A stretch of DNA of 64,000 nucleotides from Hemiscyllium ocellatum. Lineage: Eukaryota. Under the pieces are notes generated by a model that made no database searches, had not been told where the DNA came from, and saw nothing but the letters and a program-made list of their open reading frames with translations. The stretch covers positions 11,067,201-11,131,200 of the forward strand of contig NC_083435.1 of assembly GCF_020745735.1 (NCBI RefSeq). Direction: 5' to 3'. Shown in pieces: positions 11,390 through 21,959 of the stretch (its first letter is position 1; every line of letters starts with the position of its first letter). A program made the translations under genes and the position numbers.

Positions 11390-12003
11390 AAACAAACCCA
11401 ATTAACAAAACAAGTGCAACACTCAGTGGTCCTGGCAGCATGAGAACGAGCTCCCTGTTTGATCCAAATCGAAGAGTCGACTATCACAGCAGCAGTTCAT
11501 CGCCCAGCTCCCCCTCCCCTCCTCCCGGAAGGAAATCTGAGACTTCTCGATGATAACAGTTGGATTCCCCTGCCCCATGAAGATGAGAATTTGGGAGATT
11601 TGTCGGACAGCTGCTCCTGCAGGAATAACACTCACTTCTGGATTTATAGTGAACGGGACAATCGTTTCTCCACACGTTGTTCTCTCTCCGCCTTGCAGGG
11701 AAATGATTTGGTGTTCCCCCTGGAAAGACTCCCCTGAGCCCAGTCTGAGACCCACTGACTGATTCATCTCCAACACCGTCATGTAGCGCCACCTCCCGCC
11801 TGTGGAGCAACATTACAGACAGGAAGGGGTCCCCGGGTTCCTGCAGCTCACAGCTCATTCTACCCAGTCAGTCCCTCTCTACAATTGAGCTTCTATTTGT
11901 TTCTTCTCTCCCCCTCCTTCTCTCCCCCAGACTGAGACCGACCCCCATCAGTTTACAGCTGGCAGGAGGCAGGGGGACGGGGTGAAATTATGGGATGGAT
12001 CTG

Positions 12004-12554
12004 TCAGTGCCCTTTAATCCCGCAGATTGTCAGCGGGGCGGAGTTTTTCCCGCCGTCATTCCCTCCCGGATGGAAGATGGGAAAGATCCTCTCAGTGAAA
12101 GTGTGGGTGAAAGTGTGGAGATGGGACATGGTGTCCGCATTGTAAAATGACACCTGTCCATCCTCATAGTCCAGGAAAACCCCGATCTTCCGGGGATTCA
12201 CACTCGGGGAGAGGGGGGTCCGTGAGGGGGAGGTGGCGGCAAAATAACCACGTCTGAGATCCAGCTCCGCAATCCAGAATCCAGTCTCCGGGCTCGGGAT
12301 GGTCCTCACTTTCCTCTCCACAGACTCTCGGGCCATACCCAGATACCACCAGGTCTTCTCCCCCACCTCCACCTCCCAGTAATGTCTCCCTGATGTGAAT
12401 CCCTCTGATCCCAGGACACAGGAACAGGAATCAAATCTCTCCGGGGAGTTAGGGAGCGGCTGCCTTTTGTCTCCGAGTCTCACACTGGTCCGGTCCTCAG
12501 ACAGGATGAGCTGGGGGTGCGCTGTGTTCGGATTCAGAGTCAGAGAGGCTGGAG
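12004..12554 (-). CDS. Gene B last exon: B30.2 (PRY/SPRY) domain
   Basis: [18 protein letters not shown]...RFD...[19 protein letters not shown]...[17 protein letters not shown]...IFPIF; long polypyrimidine tract and acceptor cccag| at 12555; in-frame alternative acceptor ctccag| gives a start at 12548. Confidence 0.92.
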
Positions 12555-12629
12555 CTGGGGGCGAGGTCAAGTAACACCGTCAGAGAGAGGGAGGGAGAGC
12601 GAGGGGAGAACAAAGGGAAGCGAAAGGAG

Positions 12630-12720
12630 GGTGAAGGAGGCGGGGTCACTGAGGAGCAGCGGCCCAATACAGACCGTGGCGGGAGTGACCCGGTCTGGGA
12701 GCGGGAGCAGCCAATGGTCA
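12630..12720. promoter_or_regulatory. GC-rich intronic patch with GC-box and two CCAAT motifs
   Basis: GAGGCGGGG at 12637..12645, CCAAT at 12664 and 12711, several CpGs; function untested. Confidence 0.25.
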
Positions 12721-12884
12721 GACCATGTGAAGGTTCTCCTGTCTGTGGTCTGCTGCGGGAAAGATTTTGGAGGGGGACTGTGATGTTTGCTTCTTGTGTA
12801 TAAATGGAACTTTTCCCTATTCTGTCATTTAGGAATGCACCTAAGGTAGTGTTGTAAGCGGCAAATTATAAATGTTTCAGTGTC

Positions 12885-13192
12885 AAAACAGAGATCGCTG
12901 GAAAAGTTCAGCAGGTCTGGCAGCATCTGTGGAGGGAAATCAGCGTTAACATTTCGGGTGGAGAGACCCTTCCTCAGAATTCACTCTATCCGAAATGTTA
13001 CCCTGTTTTCCTTGAATTGAGTACCCAGCTTTACTATATACTCAAATGAGTACATCGAAAAGTTTGAAGTAACATTTCGGGTGGAGAGACCCTTCCTCAG
13101 AATTCACTCTATCCGAAATGTTACTTCAAACTTTTCGATGTACTCATTTGAGTATACAGTAAAGCTGGGTACTCAATTCAAGGAAAACAGGG
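12885..13192 (-). mobile_element. PLE terminus (family C) with duplicated HHR inside a double fold-back
   Basis: 55-bp direct repeat 12947..13001 = 13070..13124 containing (minus) CTGAGGA-agggtctctccaccc-GAAATGTT; 13001..13080 inverted to 13113..13192 with one mismatch. Confidence 0.8.
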
Positions 13193-13329
13193 AGGGAGAG
13201 GAAAGGGACAAGAGTGGGGAGTGAGGTAGGAGATCAGGAAGTGGAGGGAGAGGGAAGTGTGGAGAGTATCAGAAAAAGTGGGGTGCTTCAAATAGGAAGG
13301 AAGTGCAGGAAGGAGTTTGGGGGGGGGGG

Positions 13330-15120
13330 GGTGGGCAGTGTCCTAGTGATATTGTCACCCGATTATTAATCCAGCAACCCAGAATAATGTTCTGGACACC
13401 TGGGTTCAAATCCTGCCATGGCAGATGGTGGACTTTGAATTCAATAAAAAAAATCTGGAATTACGAATTAACTGATGACCATGAAACCATTATCAATTGT
13501 CCGAAAAACCCATCTGGTACACCGATTTCCCTTTAGGGAAGGAAATCTGCCATCCTTAGCTGGTACGACCGACATATGACTCCAGAACCACAGGACTGTG
13601 GTTGACTCTCAACTGCTCTGTGGGATAGCTGAGCAAGCCACTCAGTTTTATCAATCGCTAGAAAGTCCCAACAAAGAAAGGAAACTGGACAGACCACCTG
13701 GCCTCAACTTTGAAACTGGAAAAGACAACAGCAAAAATACAAACAGCCCTGTCGACCATGCAAAGTTCTCCTTACCAATATCTGGGGGCTAATGCTGAAA
13801 TTTGGAGAACTGTTTCACAGACTAGTCAAACAACAGCATGACATAGTCATTCTTACGGAATCATACCTTACAGATAACACCCCAGACACCACCACTACCA
13901 TCCGTGGATATGTTCTGTACCACTGGGAGTCCAGAGGGAGTTGTCCTGGGAGTCCTTGACAGCGACTCTGGACCTCATGAAGTCAGGTGCAACATGGGCA
14001 AGGAATCTTCTTCCTTGTTACTATGTACCACCCTCCTTTGACTGATGAATCAGTACTCCTCCATGTTGAACAACACTTGGAGAAGCCTGAGGGTGCAAGG
14101 GTGCAAAATGGACTCTGTGTGGGGATTTCAATGTACATTACCAAGAGTGATTTGGCAGCAGTATTACTGATCAAGCTGGTTGGGTCCTAAACGATATAAC
14201 TGCAAAACTGGGTCTGCGGCAGATAGTGAAGGAAATATACTTGACCTCATCCTAGGCCAAACTGAAGACTGCAGATGCTGGAGATCAGAGTGGTGCTGGA
14301 AAAGCACAGCAGGTCAGGCAGCATCCGAGGAGCAGGAAAATTAGTGTTTCCTCAGATGCTACTTGGCCTCATCCTTACTAATCTGCTGGCTGCAGAAACA
14401 TCAGTCCATGACAGTATAAGTGAAAGTGACCACCATACTGTACTTGTGGAGAAGAAACCCCGCCTTCACATTGAGAATAACCTCCATCATGTTGTGTGGC
14501 ACTATCACTGTGTTAAATGAGACAGATTTGAACTGATCTAGCAGCACAAGACTGGGCGCGCATAAGGCGCTGCGGGCCATCAACAACAGCAGATCTGTAC
14601 TGCAGAACTGTACTCTAGCACAATCTGCAACCTCAAGGCCCGGCATATCCCCCCATTCAACCATTACCATCAAGCCAGGGCATCAACTCTTGTTCAATGC
14701 AGTGTGCAGAGGGCATGCCAGGAACAGCATCAGACAGACCGAAAAATGAATGTCAACCTGGTGAAGCGACCATACAGGACTATTTGCATGTCAAATAGCA
14801 TACACAGAAAGTGATAGGTAGAGCTAATTAATCCCACAACCAATGGTTCAGGTCTAAGGTCTGCAATGCTTCCACATCCAGTCGTGAATGGTGGTGGACA
14901 ATGAAACAACTCACTGGAGGAGGAGGCTTCACAAATATCCCCATCCTCAATGATAGGGAAGGCCAGAATATCAGTGCAAAAGATAAGGCTGATGCATTCA
15001 CAAAAATCTTCAGTCAGAGGTGCCGAGTGGATGATCCATCTCAGGCTCCTCCAGTGGTCTCCAGCTACCAATCTCCAGACAATTTGATTCATTCCACATG
15101 ATATCAAGGAACGGCTGGAT
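13330..15120 (+). mobile_element. 5' part of a degenerate non-LTR retrotransposon with tRNA-like head and APE endonuclease (clade unresolved)
   Basis: B-box-like gggttcaaatcc at ~13402; decayed APE motifs (HDIVILTESYLT, YHPP, GDFNVH-like, LDLIL, DHHTVL). Interrupted by a PLE fragment at 14254..14360. Confidence 0.7.
14254..14360 (-). mobile_element. PLE terminal fragment with 15-bp TSD
   Basis: ctgcagatgctggagatcagag...cagcaggtcaggcagcatcc terminus; flanks acttg(a/g)cctcatcct at 14239..14253 and 14361..14375. Confidence 0.75.
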
Positions 15121-15124
15121 GCAC

Positions 15125-15975
15125 TTGATATTGCATACACATATACTCACACATGTACCTTCTCACAGACTTATACCCCTTTACACTCACACTCACACTC
15201 ACACATATGCACACACTCTCTCACAGACAGACATAAACACCACAACCTCCCTCCCACACACACACACACACACATATAATTTTGTGGGGTGAATTTGTAC
15301 TTGGAGAATTACATTTTACTTTGCTCAAAAACTGCATGAATCCATCTAAGATTCTGTAAATGTATTTTTTAGAATAGTAAAACTCTAACTATTGAGGCAC
15401 AGACAGTCACACAGACGAGCTCACACCTTCAATACATTATCTTGGCTGGTAGTAACTGTTAAAGTAAAAAATGAGGTCTGCAGATGCTGGAGATCACAGC
15501 TACAAATATGTTGCTGGTCAAAGCACAGCAGGCCAGGCAGCATCTCAGGAACAGAGAATTCGACGTTTCGAGCATAAGCCCTTCATCAGGGCTTATGCTC
15601 GAAACGTCGAATTCTCTGTTCCTGAGATGCTGCCTGGCCTGCTGTGCTTTGACCAGTAACTGTTAAAGTTCACTTGAGAATGTAACTTTTAAAAAACTTC
15701 TGTGATTTACATATGAAAGAAGTGAAACTAACAGGGTCATTCTAACAGACGAGAGACTGAACAAACAAATAATCAAGGTATTTTTCAATGAATAATTTCA
15801 GTTACATCACACTGTAAACTTCTGCTATAAATTCTGTGTCTTACAATCGTGTACTCTACAACCACCCAATGAAGGTGCGGAGCTCCGAAAGCTATTGCTT
15901 CCAATTAAACTTGTTGGACTATAACATGGAGTTGTGTGATTTTAATTTTGTACACCCCAGTCCAACACCGACATC
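15125..15975 (+). mobile_element. PLE family B 3' region with degenerate HHR, interrupted by a family A hairpin insertion
   Basis: Ends aatgaaggtgcggagctccGAAAGCTAttgc...ggactataac...ccccagtccaacaccgacatctccaaatc, the same terminus as at 8.3, 48.6 and 49.2 kb. Confidence 0.6.
15466..15654. mobile_element. Fold-back PLE mini-insertion (family A) with perfect 15-bp TSD
   Basis: Arms 15510..15582 / 15588..15660, loop tcatc; intact HHR core on the minus strand; TSD agtaactgttaaagt at 15451..15465 and 15655..15669. Confidence 0.9.
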
Positions 15976-16264
15976 TCCAAATCGCAACTCACTACCACCT
16001 TCTCAAGGACAAATAGGGATGGGCTATCAATTCTGGCCATCCAGTGACGCCCAAGTCCCACAAATTAATTATAAAATGAGGGGGGTAAATATTCCCTGTT
16101 GCATTTTCATTGTATTTCCCAGGCCTACCAGGATCTGGTCTGAGAATAAAGATTGACAGCTCTTGCTGCATCTCCATATCAAAGATGGCCGAACCAATTA
16201 GCAACTTCCTCTCATGCTTTATAAAATGGGGTCTCTTTTTATCCATCTGCAGTGATTCATTTTA

Positions 16265-16600
16265 TATTAATTCACAGGATGAGGGTGTCACTGGCCAGTC
16301 CAGCATTTATTGCCTGTCCCTCATTGCCCAGAGGGCAGTTCAGAGTCAGCAGCATTGCTGAGAGTCTGTAGGCCACACACAGGGTAGGAATTGTAGTTTC
16401 TTCCTTCAAGGGCATCAGTGGACCAGCTGGCATTTTCATGACAATTGACATCAGTTTCATGGTCATCATTAGACTCTTAGTTCCAGACTTTTAATTGAAT
16501 CCAAATGCAACCATCCACCATGGTGGGATGTGAACCCAGGTCCCTAGATCATTACTTGGTTCTCTAGATTAGTTGTCTGGACATTGCTTCTCCATGTTGC
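16265..16600 (-). mobile_element. tRNA-derived SINE sharing head/body with 13330..13620 and tail with 15975..16070 and 51440..51535
   Basis: Minus strand: gggttcacatccc B-box, gatgaccatgaaact, gaaggaagaaact...ggcctacagactc, and 3' gggcaatgagggacaggcaataaatgctgg. Confidence 0.65.
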
Positions 16601-17019
16601 TGAACCCAAAGCCCAGAGAAGGTGAATTCCAATTCGACCAGTGCAGTTTGAGAATTGGAGAAATAGTTTGAAGGAAAATTAGTGAAATAAAGACATGACA
16701 TCAGCAAAAGTGACCGGAGACTGTCAAATTGTCTTAAACCCTGAGAAGGTCATGTGGTACAGTGAGTAACCTTACTGCCTCTGGGCCAGAAACTTCAGGT
16801 TCAAGTTCCACTTCCAAACTTGTATCTGTAGTGTTTCTGTCATAACATGGCCAAATGGATTGATCAATCATCTTGTAAATCCTTCTGATAAGCCAATGGC
16901 AGGGGGTGGGGTGGGGGAGGTTCTTGGTCAGCCAGAACAGGGTGATGAAGATAGACAGCCTGCCCATGCACTACTACACAGATACAAACACACAGAGTCT
17001 GCTGCACCCAGCATTTTAC

Positions 17020-17046
17020 CTGCATAGCTCCGTATCCTGTTCCACT
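17020..17046 (-). CDS. Gene B 27-nt microexon (E-WNRIRSYA)
   Basis: tctttgcag|AGTGGAACAGGATACGGAGCTATGCAG|gtaaaa; matches the W-x-R-x-x-x-Y-A exon that typically precedes B30.2 in butyrophilins. Confidence 0.9.
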
Positions 17047-17202
17047 CTGCAAAGATAACAGAAAAGGAGGAAAAAGATTAATCATCTGCAACACTCTCAA
17101 ACAGGACAACGGTCAAAGTACATCATGATTTACAGTTAAATAAGGACCTGGAGGGTTCACCGCAGTGGGGAGTGACCGGCTATCGCTTGACAATGTGCAA
17201 AG

Positions 17203-17204
<2 letters not shown>

Positions 17205-17254
<50 letters not shown>
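17205..17254. repeat. (CA)n microsatellite
   Basis: About 25 uninterrupted AC units. Confidence 0.95.
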
Positions 17255-17256
<2 letters not shown>

Positions 17257-17601
17257 CTTTAGATTGAGTAAAGGTAGAGATTAACATATCATTAATTTTC
17301 ATATTTTCTTGTTCTATTTGGCCAACATTATCATGGGCAAACATCAGAAGTATACATACTGATCGGTGAAGTTCCTTTCATTATGTTCACAGACAGAACA
17401 TACCTGACTGGACCAGAGGCCTCCATTGCTCTAAAAGGAAACAGAGAATTGGAATGATCTGAATAAATCCCACTCAACAGACTTCACTTCATTAACAAAT
17501 TTTACTTTCATACCAGAGTTTTCTAAAATGAAGATACTGGTACTGAATATGAGGTGAAAGTCCAATCCCCGAGTGTGGAAGTTTTGGGAATAATCTCTTA
17601 C

Positions 17602-17628
17602 CTAACTTCTGCTGAAGGTTCACAATTT
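17602..17628 (-). CDS. Gene B 27-nt microexon (E-IVNLQQKL), heptad-like linker
   Basis: ttttcttttcag|AAATTGTGAACCTTCAGCAGAAGTTAG|gtaaga. Confidence 0.88.
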
Positions 17629-17769
17629 CTGAAAAGAAAAACGGACAAGGGTGAAATTTGTCATATGTAGAGCAAGGTAATTCAAGTCTTACATTAATTA
17701 AACAGAAATATCACTGAAAAACTGAACATTACTTGATTGGAATTTTTTTTTGAAGGTGAATATATTTTA

Positions 17770-18110
17770 CAAAGTAATTTGTTTTTTAAAAAAATCCATT
17801 ATGAAGGGAATAGACAAGATAAAAACAGGGAGGTTGTTTCCACTGGCGGGTGAAACACAAACTAGGAGGCATAATCTCATAATAAAGAGGAGTGGATTTA
17901 GGATTAAGTTGAGAATGAACTTCTTTTCCCAAAGGGTTGTGAATTTGTGCAATTCTCTTCCCAGTAAAGCAGTTGAGGCTGTCTCAGTGATTGTTTTTAA
18001 AGCAAAGATAAATAGATTTTGAACAGTAAATGAAGTAAAGGTTATGATGAATGGGCGAGTAAGTGGAGCTGCGTCCAAGAAAAAGATCAGCCATGGTCTT
18101 CTTCTCTCAA
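17770..18110 (+). mobile_element. CR1 LINE 3' fragment
   Basis: MKGIDKIKTGRLFPLAGETQTRRHNLIIK...FFSQRVVNLCNSLP. Confidence 0.75.
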
Positions 18111-18241
18111 GTGGCTAGATGGGCCTATCTGCTCCTATTTCCTGCACTGTTATGTCCTTACTAATCTAGTGTGGCATTGCTCACCTGTCAGATAATATAC
18201 TACATATACATTATACATCAGCAACTTATATTTATAGAATG

Positions 18242-18454
18242 GCTGAAAATGTGTTGCTGGTTAAAGCGCAGCAGGTCAGGCAGCATCCAAGGAACAGGAA
18301 ATTTGACGTTTCGGGCTAAAGCCTCCTGATGAAGGGCTTTAGCCCGAAACGTTGAATTTCCTGTTCCTTGGATGCTGCCTGACCTGCTGTGCTTTAACCA
18401 GCAACACATTTTCAGCTCTGATCTCCAGCAACTGCAGACCTCACTTTTTACTCC
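18242..18454. mobile_element. Fold-back PLE mini-insertion (family A) with perfect 15-bp TSD
   Basis: Arms 18242..18323 / 18335..18416 around loop tcctgatgaag; plus-strand HHR CTGATGA-agggcttt-agccc-GAAACGTT; TSD tatatttatagaatg at 18227..18241 and 18455..18469. Confidence 0.9.
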
Positions 18455-19646
18455 TATATTTATAGAATGCCTGTTTTTCTGTTAAAAATCTCAAAATCAT
18501 TCATACACACGTTATGATTAAAATATGACAAAACTATACAGTGAGATGTTAGGTCAGGTGATCAAAGCTTTTTCAGAGGTAGGTTTTTAAGGAGTGTCTT
18601 TAAGGGAGAAAGTGAGATGGGGGTGGGGGGGGGTATGGGTTGGAATTGAGTCACCTGACACTGCACCTCCAAATGAAGGAGCAAACATAATTGGGGTGTG
18701 CTAGAGGACAGAATTAGAGGAGCACAGATAATTTGCAGGGTTGAAGGGCTGGAGGAGTTACAGAGCAGTGAAGGTAAGGACATGAAGGGATTGGAGAACT
18801 GGGTGAGAAATTAGGAAATAAAACATTGTAAGGTCAGCAAGCAGGAGAGTGGGACTTGGGATGAGTGAAGACACAGGCAGCAGAGGGTCAGGTGGCCTCA
18901 AGTTTACAGGTTAGAATGTGGGACACCAGTCAGAGAGTGTTGAACTAGAGAAAACTGTGCTGTAAGGAACACATTGTTCCTCTGCTCTAGTGAGGTTGTA
19001 ATTCCCCACAACAGAATGTCAGAAGGTTAGAAATAATCAGAAGATACGGAAATATGGCAGATGTAATATTATTTGACTATTTGTAGAATTGTGAAGAGTA
19101 TTGACTGTGAAAGCAATTTGTTCATAAACACTTGTCCCGATAAAAAAGAAGTTGTGTGTTTCACTCAGTTACAGGCCGGAAGAGGAGTGTATGTTAATCT
19201 GAAGGTTATCTAGGGAGAAACTGACTATTTCAATTTACGTACAATATTGACAGTCTCCTACTACTTCAGATTCTCAATCCCAACTCACTGGCTGTTCTGA
19301 AATTCATCTTTCCCATTCACAACTCTGATGGGGAGAAAGTTCTCACTCAACAGATTTTAAATCTTCTGAATTCTTCACGTCTTCAATCCAAAATAGAGAA
19401 AAAATATTAGAGCCTTCAGGTGGGATAGTGCTGGGAAGAAAATCCATTGTGATCAGACTGACAGCTCACACCAACTATAGAAATGCGAACCTTTCTTATT
19501 GTTAACACATGAAAACCTTCAACCTATCCAGTGATATTCTTCTTTAGCAAATAATTATTTAATTTCTTTTCAAAAAGATTTTTGGACCCTTTCGACAGCG
19601 GTTAGTTTTTGCAAAAAGTTCTCAGGGTTTGAGCCGAGTTTGTCAC

Positions 19647-19766
19647 CTTGAACCTTATTCTGTAATCTCCGATGGTACCACACTGTGAGAGCGACTGCTG
19701 CAACAGTCAGAGCAAACAGGATCCAGAACGCTATCAGCCATCCGGAAACATTGGGGAAGAAGGAAT
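19647..19766 (-). CDS. Gene B transmembrane exon (120 nt)
   Basis: tacag|AT..: D-SFFPNVSGWLIAFWILFALTVAAVALTVWYHRRLQNKVQ; donor CAAG|gtgaca; same length as the gene A TM exon. Confidence 0.9.
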
Positions 19767-20565
19767 CTGTATCGAGAGAGAGAGAGGACAGGAGGAAAGG
19801 GAGAGAAATGAAAGGAAAGGGAGAAGGTGGTGAGAAAGAGATAAATGGGAGAAATGGCAAAATTGAAGAGGAAAGGGTGGGGGTAAAGGTAGGGGGAGAG
19901 TGGAGAAGGGACAAAGAGTTGGAGAGAGACGGGGAGAATGGGGATACAAAGGGAGAGAGAGGCGGTGGAGAAGTGGGAAAAGAGAGAGTGAGAAAGCGAA
20001 CCATTCAGCTGTTTGAATTAATACAAACACATTGTTAGACCCTGTACTCAACTTCAATCACCCCTCTTTCTCTATTAGCTTCTTTTCCCCCATTACCCAT
20101 TTCCCTCTTCCAACCTCCGTTCCGCTATCTCTGTCTCCCTCCAACACCCACTCTCTGTCCATTACCTCACTGCCTTTTCGCAAACTCAAATATTCCCACT
20201 CACCCCCCCCACCGTTCCATCACACTTACTCCTTCCGCCCAATTTGCATTGCATCCTCTCTTTCTCCCTCCATCACACCCTCTCCTTCTCCCTCGATCAC
20301 TCTCTCCTACTCCCTCCATCACACCCTCTCACTCTCCCTCAATCTCCATCACTCCCTCTCTCCTGGTAAAATGCCTTTTGTTGCCACAAGGGGCAAGCTG
20401 TAGCCGTGAGAGACTGACCTTTGCCACTTGTCTCTGACCAGGGCCACGAGGCGCCTTTTCAATCACAGCATTTCCTCAGGATTTTATATTTCTCTATCAT
20501 CTGATCCAAGTCCTTTCCCCCAGCCCACTGAGTATCTGGGAAAGTCTCCTCCCACCATGACAGAC

Positions 20566-20850
20566 CTGCGATCTGGATGTGAGCCTCCTGTGTCTCCTTC
20601 AGGATCACATTGTTAATGACACATCTGTACTTGTTGGGGGACTGCTTGGGGATCTCGATGGAGCTGCTGACAGTGAACAGCCCCTGAGGGTCTGACTGGT
20701 ACTTGGTTTGCTGCTGGGCCGTCACGTTCCCACCATCTCCGTCTACCCACAGAATGGTCGGCTGTGGGTACCATCCATCGGATCTGCAGCCCAGTCTGAT
20801 GCCATTGCCCGTTTGGCCCTCCATCTCGATCCTTGGCTGGTGGCCTGTAC
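20566..20850 (-). CDS. Gene B IgC exon (285 nt)
   Basis: ttgcag|GT..: GTGHQPRIEMEG...RLGCRSDGWYPQPTILW...GLFTVSSSIEI...YRCVINN...QIA; donor GCAG|gtctgt. Confidence 0.93.
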
Positions 20851-21329
20851 CTGCAATCACAGAGACATCATGAAGGGGAGTAGGCCGCAAAGCCTGTCAT
20901 GGCCTCCCTACACCACTCGGTCAGATTGCAGCTGACCTGTACTTTCATAATCCCTTCATGCAGGGTAACCAGAGTTCGATTAGAATCTGTCAGGGCAAGT
21001 TGGTGGGGGAGGGCAGAGGAAACCTCACTCGGAGAGATGAGAGAGAAACAGGCCAGACAGGAAATACCCACAGGTCAAATTAGTCACCAGGTTAGGTTCT
21101 ACCAACTGGAATTATTTCTGGGCCTTCAAACTGGCTGCACATAAAAACATTTTGTTTTAAAAAGGCACATTATAAAGTTCATAAGCACTGCAAAAACCTT
21201 CAACTAACTGGAAAGTTTTGCTTTCATTTAAAAAAAAAGGAGGTCCTGCTGTTAAGGCAGAGATGAACAAACATGTTTGCTCCAACATGACAAATTAGTC
21301 TGTGGAATCTATTCCCCAGAATCAAAAAA

Positions 21330-21900
21330 CTACAAGAATATTCTGTGTCCAGTTCTGGAATCCACATTCGAGTATGGATGTGATTTCTCTGGAGAGGGCT
21401 CAGGAGAGGTTTTTTTTGCCTGGTCTGGAGAGTTATGTTTGTGAAGAGAGATTGGATAGACTGTGGACAAGAACAGAAACTGCTGGAACAACTCAGATGT
21501 ACAGCATGGAAACAGACCCTTCGGTCCAACCCGTCCATGCTGACCAGATATCCCAACCCAATCTAGTCCTACCTGCCAGCACCCGGTCCATATCCCTCCA
21601 AACTCGTCCTATTTATATACCCATCCAAATGCCTCTTAACTGTTGCAATTGTACCAGCCTCCACCACATCCTCTGGCAGCTCATTCCATACACGTACTAC
21701 CCTCTGCGTGAAAAAGTTGCCTCTTAGGTCTTTTTTATATCTTTCCCCTCTCACCCTAAACCTCTGCCCTCTACTTCTGGACTCCCCGACCCCAGGGAAA
21801 AGACTTTGCCTATTTATCATACCCATGCCCCTCATAATTTTGTAAACCTCTATAATGTCACCCCTCAGCCTCCGACGCTCCAGGGAAAACAGCCCCAGCT
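21330..21900 (-). mobile_element. CR1 3' fragments (21480..21900 minus; 21330..21470 plus)
   Basis: RQSLFPGVGESRSRGQRFRVRGERYKKDLRGNFFTQRVVRVWNELP on the minus strand. Confidence 0.8.
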
Positions 21901-21959
21901 GGGCACCATCTGTGGAAGAAAGGAGTATTACTCATTGACGTCCAGTGACTCTTCATCAG

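Noticed and set aside
13330-13420. tRNA genes at 13.4k, 16.5k, 16.8k, 52.3k and 60.2k
   Set aside because: Only decayed A/B-box heads followed by SINE/LINE bodies; no complete cloverleaf.
15466-15654. Interpreting the short hairpins as DNA-transposon MITEs or pre-miRNAs
   Set aside because: Arms are unequal, do not form terminal inverted repeats flush with the TSD, and match the 3' end of the RT/GIY-YIG element at 2950..3078. Small-RNA production cannot be excluded but has no support here.
19570-20437. Long S/P/L/F- or E/G/K/R-rich ORFs around the TM exon (also 47999..48379 and 31688..32175)
   Set aside because: Low-complexity purine/pyrimidine tracts and microsatellites; only 19647..19766 is bounded by splice sites.
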